From NCBI RefSeq assembly GCF_030384885.1, contig NZ_CP128613.1: a stretch of 64,000 bases of DNA. One strand, given 5' to 3'. Position 1 is the stretch's first letter; every line of letters begins with the position of its first letter. The notes beneath the pieces are model-generated. The model was not told the DNA's origin, ran no database searches, and worked only from the letters and a program-made list of their open reading frames with translations. A program made the translations under genes and the position numbers. Positions 55,365 through 64,000 of the stretch are shown one piece after another. Source of the stretch: Escherichia coli. GTDB taxonomy: Bacteria > Pseudomonadota > Gammaproteobacteria > Enterobacterales > Enterobacteriaceae.

Positions 55365-58300
55365 TTAATGGAAAATGACGTCAGGTGCGCTTAACGCTTC
55401 ACTCAAATCAAACGTATCGAGTTCGGCAAAAGTGACAGATTTATTGTCACGGTACACTCGAAGAGAACGGAAGCTCATTAGCGCTTTGCTATCAGCACTG
55501 TAGTGGTTAAAACCGGGTGAAAACTTAAGGACCAGCCGATACTCGCCCAGGTCATAGACACATGCGTCCTCAAAACCTGACTCCCAGCCTTTGTATCGCA
55601 TTCCCATAAGTTGCCCAACGGTTGCGGATTTACCTTCCCAGCGAGTCAGGCTGTTACTGGCTGACTCGTCAGGTGTGAGCAGCACTGTGCGCCGCATCAA
55701 CTGGCGAAAAGGCGGCATAATTTCGTAATCGGCAAAAACCTGTGCAAATTCACTGCGCATTTCTGCTGTCATTTCTAACGGGTGGGCAATGCCAATCAGA
55801 GCATCCGCAGGCAGGTCAATTGGCTCATCTTGTGCGTTGCAGAACTCCCTCTCAGCGGCCACACGAAAGGCGTTAAGTAAACGACGCGGTTCATTTGCCG
55901 GATAAACCGCCCATATTAATCGCTGAGTAACCAGGCGAGTAAAGGGATGATTAACAAACAGAGAATGAAAATCTGCCAGCGACCAGCGTCGAGTGGTGCG
56001 TAGGGCAGTTTCAAGACGCGGGAGCAGGTTTTTGCTCACCTGAGTGGCATCTTTTTTTAGCCCTTTTAGTCGGGCCAGTGCCTCGGGTGCTTTCAGCTGA
56101 TCGTCATCGGCGCGCAACCGGGGAACACTTTTCTGGCGAACGTTTTGCTGATCAAAGATAACCGGGTTGAGGTTTTCATCGAAGCGAACGGTAAACTGCC
56201 GGGGTCCAAAATCAAATATCAACGCCTGCGGATCATCCAGGCCCAGTGTTGGGACTAATCTGTCCGCTAACTCTTCCTGGCTTAGTCCACGATTTTCTGC
56301 GACCACCTGAAGAAATTCCGCCGCGTTATCACGTAAGGGACGGGATTTCGCCCGTTGCGATATATGATGCAGCTGTATCAGCGCCATATCATTATTCATC
56401 AGGGTAAGTATATTCAGACCACTGACAGCACGGGCAGATTTGCCCTCTTGAGGCCAGGCAAGGATCTGTGTCGTCAGATCCCGTGCCGTGCTTTCGTCGC
56501 CAAAGAGACTTAACGCCAGAAATGCCCAGTTGTCTTTTGCGGGAGCACCAGCTTGTTGCCACGCGGTGAAAAGATCCCAGGCAAAAGCGGCCAGCGTTTG
56601 TGGCTGGCAGAACGTTTTCAGTTGTTCCAGCCCGCAATAAAAACGTCCGCCCTGGGTAAAGCGCAGCATTTCGCCAATAATTTCCAGAGCGTCATCAGTA
56701 ACAGGTTGATTATTCGTGATAAGTCTCGGTCTGGACCACATTGTCGGATGCCAGAAATCAGGAGCTTTTGGAATGCGTGTTGGGTAAATCTCTATTGGAC
56801 TCTGTTTAAGTAATTGATCCAGGGCAGGCCATACATCTGTACGCTGCCAGCGGTTTGCCACGGTTTGCAGTAATTCGCCATGCCCTTGTTCATACAGTAA
56901 ACGCAGAGCGCTGAGTGCCGCTTCGCTGTTATCGCCAGACCTGGCAAAGATTAATGGGATCAGCGCCGTAGCCGTATGCTCCGGCCATTGTAAAATCCAC
57001 TGGCGAGCCAGATTACGCTGGCCCGCAAAACGATGCCAGACGCGGGCAACGGGCAGCGCCAGTTCTGTTGCGCCAAAATGAATCAGCAGCGGAAATATCT
57101 CTTTGGGATGTCGGGCAAAGGCGGTGATTAATCCGGGCAAAGCATCGGTACCCAGGACACTTAACAGATATTCTACCCCGGTGTAATGAAAATCAGCCGC
57201 AACAATTTGTTGCCAGCACGATACCGCCATTTCGCGCGGCATCTGCGCGATAAGGTACAGATTCCACACTCCCCAACGCTTTTCATCAGTGTAATTAAAT
57301 TTGCGTTGGAAAGTTCGCCACCCCTCCATCAACGCAACGCTATCTTGTGCCAGTAATGCGCTGGCGGCCTCTTCCCGGTAGTGTTTATTTTCAGTCTGTT
57401 TTGCCTGATAATTGAGCAATCTTCCTAATGAAGTATGTGTCTCTAGTTGATCGGTATCCAGAGCATCCAACTGTCCTGTGAGAATAAACTCATTAAACTT
57501 CCACCTGTGATCTTCAAAACCTAATTCCCGCAAGAAGGTATCTGCCCCTCTGCTTACGAGACGTTCGTCAAAAGACATGGCGCTAAAATGGTCAATTGCA
57601 GTTTGCTGTTCCGGCGTCCAGTGTTTATTCGGCGACCTATACGCTTGCGGTACAAGCGTAAGTTCAGGTAGCGAAAAGTGAGTTATGGAAGTCTTTTTCC
57701 TGCCACGCCATGGTGGTGAAACGAGGATTTCAGGCAGACTGCTGTTATCGGTGCTATCAATAACCGGTTTTGGCGATGCCGATAAATAACTATTCACCAC
57801 TGCCCGGGCTTGAGTACTTAACCACGGGATCACCTCTTCTGCCAGTTGTGGCTGCGATGCCATCAGCGTTTGTAACAGCGTACGCCAGTATTCATCACGT
57901 GCTTTTTGCTGTGCAGGCAGCTTTTTGTCTTCGATGATAGGATAACCAGGGCGCGTAGGGGGGGCTTTTAACGCCAGTAGTTCTGCCAGTGCGGCGAGCG
58001 TCGCATGGGGAAAGTTTTTACTGTATTTAGCCACACGCTGCAGGCTGGGTTTGTTTTTATCGGCAACTAACAGCAAGATGCGAATAATTTGCGGATGGTT
58101 AATTTGTACCAGCAGGCTACCGCAATCTTCTTTATGGGCATACATTGCCAGGTGTGGAATGGCTGCCAGTCCTTGTTCGCGCAAAAGGGCAGCGCAGGCC
58201 GCGTAGCCGAAGTGGTTTTCATGCGACATGTAGCTGGCTTCCCGATCGCTAAATATATCCTGGCTCCAGTAGCGTTCGAGTTTTTTCACCGCTCTGGGGT

Positions 58301-59015
58301 CATTAGCAACAACTTTTAACCACTCCTTAGAATGAAAATGAGTCCGCGGGCATTCAAGGCCTACCAACTCATTGGCGATTTCTGGTTTCTCCGGGAGGAT
58401 GAGTGCAATAAAAGGACGGCGAACTTTGGGTATTCCTGGCAGTGCGGCAATGAGTTTGTCGGCGCAACGCTGCCAGCAGCTTTCCTCTGCCAGAGAGAGA
58501 TGCTTACGCAGTCGGAGATCGAATTCGTTATAGGTTTCTGAGCGATAACCATAACCATCGTCCTCGTTCTGATACTGCAATGTTACTACCAGAGGATCAC
58601 TCTCATAACACCGTACAATAAACTGGCGTGCAATCACCACTTCAGTCGCATATTCCAGTCCCTCTTGTTGGACGATTTCGTCGAGCAACTGTTGGCTATC
58701 ATTTTGCGCGATACAGGCTAGCGCCGCCATTGTCCGGGCCGGAATTGAGGGTTTGTGCTCGCCGATCAAGTTGATGGCTTGCGTAATGGCCGACTGCCAC
58801 TCCAGTGAAAAATTTTCATAACGCCAGACGATGTTTTTTTTCTTCTCAGCAATGTGTAGCAATTTATCACCCAGTGTCTGGATGAGGCTTTCAGTGATAA
58901 CAGGCACCGGTTCGCCCGGCCAATTGCGATGGCTGAGTGGTGTTTTGCCTTTTTTATATTTCAGTTCCAGTTGGGCGTTATCCGCCAGCCACGGTAATTC
59001 CTTGTCCATGCTCAT
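55365..59015 (-). CDS. yehI: Giant uncharacterized protein, MolR/YehI family (DUF4132)
   Basis: 1216-aa ORF paralogous to the two upstream genes; start may be 2 codons downstream. Confidence 0.8.
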   Translation of the reverse strand: MSMDKELPWLADNAQLELKYKKGKTPLSHRNWPGEPVPVITESLIQTLGDKLLHIAEKKKNIVWRYENFSLEWQSAITQAINLIGEHKPSIPARTMAALACIAQNDSQQLLDEIVQQEGLEYATEVVIARQFIVRCYESDPLVVTLQYQNEDDGYGYRSETYNEFDLRLRKHLSLAEESCWQRCADKLIAALPGIPKVRRPFIALILPEKPEIANELVGLECPRTHFHSKEWLKVVANDPRAVKKLERYWSQDIFSDREASYMSHENHFGYAACAALLREQGLAAIPHLAMYAHKEDCGSLLVQINHPQIIRILLLVADKNKPSLQRVAKYSKNFPHATLAALAELLALKAPPTRPGYPIIEDKKLPAQQKARDEYWRTLLQTLMASQPQLAEEVIPWLSTQARAVVNSYLSASPKPVIDSTDNSSLPEILVSPPWRGRKKTSITHFSLPELTLVPQAYRSPNKHWTPEQQTAIDHFSAMSFDERLVSRGADTFLRELGFEDHRWKFNEFILTGQLDALDTDQLETHTSLGRLLNYQAKQTENKHYREEAASALLAQDSVALMEGWRTFQRKFNYTDEKRWGVWNLYLIAQMPREMAVSCWQQIVAADFHYTGVEYLLSVLGTDALPGLITAFARHPKEIFPLLIHFGATELALPVARVWHRFAGQRNLARQWILQWPEHTATALIPLIFARSGDNSEAALSALRLLYEQGHGELLQTVANRWQRTDVWPALDQLLKQSPIEIYPTRIPKAPDFWHPTMWSRPRLITNNQPVTDDALEIIGEMLRFTQGGRFYCGLEQLKTFCQPQTLAAFAWDLFTAWQQAGAPAKDNWAFLALSLFGDESTARDLTTQILAWPQEGKSARAVSGLNILTLMNNDMALIQLHHISQRAKSRPLRDNAAEFLQVVAENRGLSQEELADRLVPTLGLDDPQALIFDFGPRQFTVRFDENLNPVIFDQQNVRQKSVPRLRADDDQLKAPEALARLKGLKKDATQVSKNLLPRLETALRTTRRWSLADFHSLFVNHPFTRLVTQRLIWAVYPANEPRRLLNAFRVAAEREFCNAQDEPIDLPADALIGIAHPLEMTAEMRSEFAQVFADYEIMPPFRQLMRRTVLLTPDESASNSLTRWEGKSATVGQLMGMRYKGWESGFEDACVYDLGEYRLVLKFSPGFNHYSADSKALMSFRSLRVYRDNKSVTFAELDTFDLSEALSAPDVIFH

Positions 59016-59018
59016 TCC

Positions 59019-62000
59019 TTATTCAAACAGGGCTTCGATGTCGTTAATTAACTCGCTAGCGGTGATGTCATCGAGTGCGGAGAACAGCGCTTCCTGTGTT
59101 GAATTAATCCCCCAGCCATAGCTTTCTGCTTTGCCTTCCCATAGCCACAGCTTGCTTAAGAGTTGCTCGGCACTGAGTTCGGCTGGCGACATACCAACTG
59201 CAAATCCTTCATCGATTTCCATGATTAATGACCAGCGGCCCAGAGGTTTGATCATCCAGCCGATCCAGCCACCGTCCTGCGGTTCACCACGCACCCAGCC
59301 TTTATTCGACAGCCCCATAACCCGACCGCTCGGGCATTTTCTGCCTGCCCAGCGGGTTAGTTCGCTGGTGTTTCGTTCGACTTCAGTCAGGGCATAACTG
59401 TTGCGGTCGAGCTGGCGGAACGGCGGTAACAGCTCGTAGTCGGCAAAAAGCTGACCAAAGGCGGCGGCATCCGTCGGTGATATTTCCAGAACGTGAGGAA
59501 TACCTATAGAGATATCGCCTTCCGGCAGGGTGAAAAGATCATCGTCAGCGGTGCTGTAGCTGTTATCTTCCGCCACACGGAAGCACGCCAGTAACTGGTT
59601 GTCTGCGCTATAAATGCCCCAAATCAGACGGCGGGTTAAGTGGCAGACCAGCGGATTCTCAACCAGAAAGAGCTGAAAGTTTTCTGGCGACCAGCGGCGG
59701 CGCAGGCACATGGCGGATTCCAGCCTTGCCACCTGCTGGGCGGCAACGGTACGCGCATCTTTTTTCAGCAGTTTGTAGCGGTTAACTGCATCGTTCGCTT
59801 GGGTTTCATCATCGCTTTTGTTCGGTTTAGGCAAGTCTTTCAGGCGGCTGCCGGAAGCATCACGCACAAACGGTTTTAAGGTTTCATCAAAGCTGACGGT
59901 GAACTGCCGTGGCCCGAAATCCAGCAGCAGCGAACCGTTATCATCCAGACCGAGATCGGGCGCTAAGCGATCTTCAAGTTCTGCCACTGTGAGTTCGCGG
60001 CTTTCGGCAATGTCGGCAATTTTTTCTTTTGCCCGCTCCTGTAATGCTTTGAATTTCAGTTTCTGGGCGATGCCGTTAAGCTGCATCAGGGCGATATCAC
60101 TACCGATAGCAGCGAGAATATCCAGCCCGACGGTGGCGCGTTTATGCTGGGATTCACCAGGCCAGGCGCGGATTAATGGCGTCAGTTTGCGGGCGGTGTC
60201 ATCGTTGCCAAGAACACCTAATGCAGTGAACGCCCAGCTCTCTTTCGACGGCGCGCCAGCGGTCTCCCAGGCGGTAAACAGATCCCAGGCAAACTCAGCC
60301 AGTGAGTCGGCAGTACAGGCGTCTTTCACCTGTAATAACCCCGCATACAGCGTATCTTCCTGAGGGAAGCGGAGCATTTCACCGAGGTGGAAGAGGGCGC
60401 TATCTGGCAGTGATTGGGCGTTTGCTTTTAATACCGGGCGTGTCCAGAGCGATGGCTGATAAAAGGCCGGAAGTGTCGGGATTTTAGTCGGGTGATTATC
60501 TAAGGGATCGAGCGCAAGTAGAGCGTTCACCGCATCGGTTACTTCCGGCTGGTTATAACGCTGGGCGATTTCTTGCAGTAATGACGGATAACCACTTTCA
60601 ATCAACATACGTAAGGCGGCGCGGGCGTTATCCTGGGCTTCACCAGCTTTGCCGAGTGCCGCAGGCAACAGGCCGATAATGGCATGTTCCGGATATTTCA
60701 GCAGCCAGGTGCGGGCGTCTTGTCGTAGAGTTTTGAGTTTGTTAAAGGCGCGGGCGACGGCAGGAGCCAGCTCACTCGCTGCGAAGTAATTCGTTATGGG
60801 CAAGGCTTCCTGTGGATAGCGTGCAAGTGAGTTTACTAACCCAGGTAATCCTTTGAGTCCAAAATGTAACATGGCGTATTCGGTATCGGTATGCGGAGAT
60901 ACAGTAAGGGCATTCCATGCTCTTATTGCTTTCTCCAGCGGCAATGTTGTCAAAATCCCCAAATGCCAATAATGCCCGGTAGGTGAATGAAACACCTTAA
61001 ATTCACTTATTAAGGTTGAATAATCTTCATTTAGCCATGCCTCAACTACCGCTTCGGGAGCTTTAATATATGTACCAGCGATCCGTCGTTGAAAACCCAT
61101 CCTTGCCAACAGATTGGCAGTACTTTCTTCATGACTAACCGTGATGTGTTTTGAATACCAGATATATTTCGCCAAAAGTTGATTACTGATTTCTTCTGTC
61201 AGATAACTGATTGGCTCAATGCCTAATGGTGCTAAATCAAGCACCGGAATCGACGATTTTTTCTTTTTCGAAAGCCATGGTGGGGAGACTACTATGGCCG
61301 GCAGTAGATCGGTGCTGGCATGGTTTGAGGGCTGTGTCAGTTGTTGCTGGCATGATTTCAGCACTGCAGCTGCGGGTGTCGAAAGCCAGGGAATGACCTG
61401 TTCTGCCAGTGCTGGTTGCGAGATAAGCATCGTCATTAGCATAATGCGCCAACTATTCTCTTCTTTTTGCACTAGAAGTTCCGCCAGTGCTGCCAGTGCT
61501 GCGTGTGGGAACGCAGCGCAGGCTTTCGTCATTCGATCGTGACAGCGTTTAGTATGCCCGGCTACACGTATAAGCAGTGTTAATGCGAACGGATGATTGA
61601 TATGACGCAACACATCGGCGCAGTAGTCACTTGCGGCATAGGGAGCAAATCGGGGCAGGGCTGCAACACCTTGCTCCTGTAATACGGTGGCTGACCATAT
61701 CGCACCACAATAGTAATCATCAAAAATGGCATATGGCTCGTGATATTTTTCTAATGAGGCAAGAATGTGCTCATCAGTCGCCACTATTTTTAGCCACTCA
61801 AGCGAGGGTAATTTTTTTTTCCCCAGTAGACGCTGGGCAATTTCATGTGCAATTTCTGGTTTTTCGGGTAATAACAAAGCAATTAATGGTTGCCGCCATT
61901 CTGGAATATGTGGAATTGCGGCAATGAGTTTTTGTGCACATTTTTGCCAGAGAGACTCTTCCGCCAGTGATAAATGTTTCCGTAGGCGTAATTCAAAACT

Positions 62001-62813
62001 GGAATATTGCTGCAAGTTATCAGGTGCAATGCCAGACGGCAGAATAATAATGATATTATTCGCATAATTCCATTCAATATCAATCTGTTGAAGGTGTATT
62101 ATTACATCAGTAGCATATTCCAGACCGCCTTCCTGAATGATCTGATCCATAACATCCTCACGCACTTTATATCTTGTGCATTTCATTTCAAGTGCCGTGA
62201 GTACAGCCATTACTGGTGATGGTAACTGTGTTGTTTTCAGGCAGTCGATCTGACTGATCGCCTGGGCGACGGTGTTTTGCCATACTAAAGAACAGGCGCT
62301 GAAGTCAAATGTGGCTGTTTTATTATCCCGTTGCGACACGCTACAGGCTAAGCGACGTAACTGGGTCAAGTTGTCTGCTTGCTGAACAGGAACTCCGGGA
62401 AAGCGGCGATGGCTTAACGTGGTGTGTACAACTTCGGGCGGAAAAACGACAGCAATATCTTTCGCCAGCCACGGTAAAACATCATCTGTATTTTTGTCAG
62501 CCACACGGGCTTCTGCTACGCAAAAGGGTTGTTCCTGAATAATGGTGGATAAGGCCGCTACCTTGAGAGAATCCGTTACCGTTTGGGAAGGTTGCAAAGA
62601 ATTATCCTTCGCTTGCTCCACATACCCCTTCTTCATCTTCTCCGCAATCAGCCTCAGTTCCGCTTTTTCCGCCGCCGCAGCATCAGCAAAGCTTTTTACC
62701 TGGCTTTGCCCGTTGGTACCAACTTTGCCCCAACTAATATGCAGCTCGTTTCCCTGTTGCTCCACTGCCCAGAATTTATGTGATTTTTCGTCCTGATAAA
62801 TATAGGTTTTCAT
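59019..62813 (-). CDS. molR: Giant WGR-domain + DUF4132 protein (MolR), intact
   Basis: 1264 aa; N-terminus KFWAVEQQGNELHISWGKVGTNGQ...AELRLIAEKMKKGY fits WGR domain; stop 3 nt from yehI start. Confidence 0.8.
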   Translation of the reverse strand: MKTYIYQDEKSHKFWAVEQQGNELHISWGKVGTNGQSQVKSFADAAAAEKAELRLIAEKMKKGYVEQAKDNSLQPSQTVTDSLKVAALSTIIQEQPFCVAEARVADKNTDDVLPWLAKDIAVVFPPEVVHTTLSHRRFPGVPVQQADNLTQLRRLACSVSQRDNKTATFDFSACSLVWQNTVAQAISQIDCLKTTQLPSPVMAVLTALEMKCTRYKVREDVMDQIIQEGGLEYATDVIIHLQQIDIEWNYANNIIIILPSGIAPDNLQQYSSFELRLRKHLSLAEESLWQKCAQKLIAAIPHIPEWRQPLIALLLPEKPEIAHEIAQRLLGKKKLPSLEWLKIVATDEHILASLEKYHEPYAIFDDYYCGAIWSATVLQEQGVAALPRFAPYAASDYCADVLRHINHPFALTLLIRVAGHTKRCHDRMTKACAAFPHAALAALAELLVQKEENSWRIMLMTMLISQPALAEQVIPWLSTPAAAVLKSCQQQLTQPSNHASTDLLPAIVVSPPWLSKKKKSSIPVLDLAPLGIEPISYLTEEISNQLLAKYIWYSKHITVSHEESTANLLARMGFQRRIAGTYIKAPEAVVEAWLNEDYSTLISEFKVFHSPTGHYWHLGILTTLPLEKAIRAWNALTVSPHTDTEYAMLHFGLKGLPGLVNSLARYPQEALPITNYFAASELAPAVARAFNKLKTLRQDARTWLLKYPEHAIIGLLPAALGKAGEAQDNARAALRMLIESGYPSLLQEIAQRYNQPEVTDAVNALLALDPLDNHPTKIPTLPAFYQPSLWTRPVLKANAQSLPDSALFHLGEMLRFPQEDTLYAGLLQVKDACTADSLAEFAWDLFTAWETAGAPSKESWAFTALGVLGNDDTARKLTPLIRAWPGESQHKRATVGLDILAAIGSDIALMQLNGIAQKLKFKALQERAKEKIADIAESRELTVAELEDRLAPDLGLDDNGSLLLDFGPRQFTVSFDETLKPFVRDASGSRLKDLPKPNKSDDETQANDAVNRYKLLKKDARTVAAQQVARLESAMCLRRRWSPENFQLFLVENPLVCHLTRRLIWGIYSADNQLLACFRVAEDNSYSTADDDLFTLPEGDISIGIPHVLEISPTDAAAFGQLFADYELLPPFRQLDRNSYALTEVERNTSELTRWAGRKCPSGRVMGLSNKGWVRGEPQDGGWIGWMIKPLGRWSLIMEIDEGFAVGMSPAELSAEQLLSKLWLWEGKAESYGWGINSTQEALFSALDDITASELINDIEALFE

Positions 62814-62825
62814 TGCAAAGTCCTT

Positions 62826-64000
62826 TTAATCAAAAAGTGATTCAACATCGTTAATCAACTCGCTGGCGGTGATGTCGTCGAGCATGGAAAAAGTAAGTAA
62901 AGGTTGTTTACCGTAGCGATCATCTGGCGAGGTGATTTTTACGCTTTCAACAGGTAACAGGTCGCCATAACCTGTTTCACCATAAATTAATGAAAAATGT
63001 TCTGTTTCAAGTTCGAGATCGCCATAAGGGGTAGATTTGCGCATCGCATAGACGCTGCCGCTTTCTTCCAGACGTTGCCAGCCTCGGCGCTCTAGCCCGA
63101 CAATACGTCCGGCCTGACAGAGCTGTCCTTGCCAGCGTGTCAGGTCGTGGGTATTCCGTTCATTATCAGCAAGACGATAACTACCACGATCGAGCTGTTG
63201 GAAGGGGGGAAGCAGTTCGTAATCAGCGTAAATTTGCCTGAATGCAGCGGCAGATTCAGGGGGGATTTCCAGCACATGCGGTATACCGATGTTTCCTGCT
63301 GGCAGCGTGAATAACTCATCCTGCGCATCGCTGTAAGTGCTGTCTTCTGCGACCCGGAAGCAGGCAATCAGCGTGTTTTCTTCAGTATATACTCCCCATA
63401 ACAGCCGTCGGGTTAAGTGACGTACCAGCGGATGCTCCACCAGAAACAGGCGGAACTGTTCTGCCGTCCAGCGTCTGCGCTGGCACATAGCCTGCTCCAG
63501 ACGATCAATCTGCTGACTGGCAATGGCGCGCACATCTTTCTTCAATTGTTTGAAGAGGTTAACGGCGTCAGTTGCCAGTGTTTTATCATCGCTCTGATTT
63601 GGTTTGGGTAAATCTTTCAGGACTTTGCCGTTTGCATCGCGCACTACAGGTTTTAAGGTTTCGTCAAAACCAACGGTGAATTGACGTGGGCCGAAATTAA
63701 GTATCAGCGAGCCGTTGATATCAAGCCCTAAATCTGGAGCCAGGCGGTCTTCCAGTTCGGCCATAGTCAGCCCACGGTTTTCAGCAACTATGTTGATTTT
63801 CTCGCGGGCATGTTCCTGTAATACAACGAATTTAATCTTTTTCGCAATGCCATTAAGCAGCATTAGCGCAACATCGCTGCCAATATCAGCTAATACATCC
63901 AACCCGGACACCGCCCGTTTATGCTGTGATTCCCCAGGCCAGGCACTGATAAGCGGGGTTAATTTACGCGCGGTGTCGTCATTGCCTAAAATCCCCAGCG
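62826..64000 (-). CDS. Third MolR/YehI-family paralog, C-terminal part (gene continues beyond window end)
   Basis: Frame open to window edge; protein and DNA alignable to molR (59019-60300); C-terminal ...LDDITASELINDVESLFD. Confidence 0.75.
   Translation of the reverse strand, partial: LGILGNDDTARKLTPLISAWPGESQHKRAVSGLDVLADIGSDVALMLLNGIAKKIKFVVLQEHAREKINIVAENRGLTMAELEDRLAPDLGLDINGSLILNFGPRQFTVGFDETLKPVVRDANGKVLKDLPKPNQSDDKTLATDAVNLFKQLKKDVRAIASQQIDRLEQAMCQRRRWTAEQFRLFLVEHPLVRHLTRRLLWGVYTEENTLIACFRVAEDSTYSDAQDELFTLPAGNIGIPHVLEIPPESAAAFRQIYADYELLPPFQQLDRGSYRLADNERNTHDLTRWQGQLCQAGRIVGLERRGWQRLEESGSVYAMRKSTPYGDLELETEHFSLIYGETGYGDLLPVESVKITSPDDRYGKQPLLTFSMLDDITASELINDVESLFD

Overview
Read by eye, with no searches run: this window is an Escherichia coli-type chromosomal segment, inverted relative to K-12 numbering, running lysP-cirA ... 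mglBAC-preAT-cdd ... dusC-pbpG-dld-bglX-osmF/yehYXW-mlrA-btsSR-yehLMPQ-yehK-yehI-molR. Gene identities rest on my recollection of the K-12 proteins plus motifs visible in the translations; coordinates of starts were adjusted where the ORF track over-extends. Four things stand out against this conserved backbone. (1) Between yehL and yehK there is a zor-orz-type type I toxin-antitoxin locus: a 29-aa toxin ORF with a long leader, a divergent antisense sRNA with its own promoter and terminator, and a second tandem copy that keeps the sRNA and both promoters but has no toxin ORF. (2) A ~4.2 kb AT-rich insertion between cirA and yeiG encodes an organophosphate:phosphate-antiporter-family transporter, a SerB-like phosphatase, an Fe-S L-serine dehydratase homolog and an XRE regulator, which I interpret as a candidate phosphoserine uptake and catabolism module. 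(3) A ~6 kb GC-rich insertion between yohJ and dusC carries a complete 3-hydroxybenzoate/gentisate pathway in the mhbRTDHIM arrangement. (4) The yehLMPQ operon (MoxR-type AAA+ ATPase, VWA protein, SWIM zinc-finger protein) sits next to three tandem, translationally coupled giant paralogs, one with an N-terminal WGR domain; all are functionally uncharacterized. No CRISPR array, IS element or integrase was seen.
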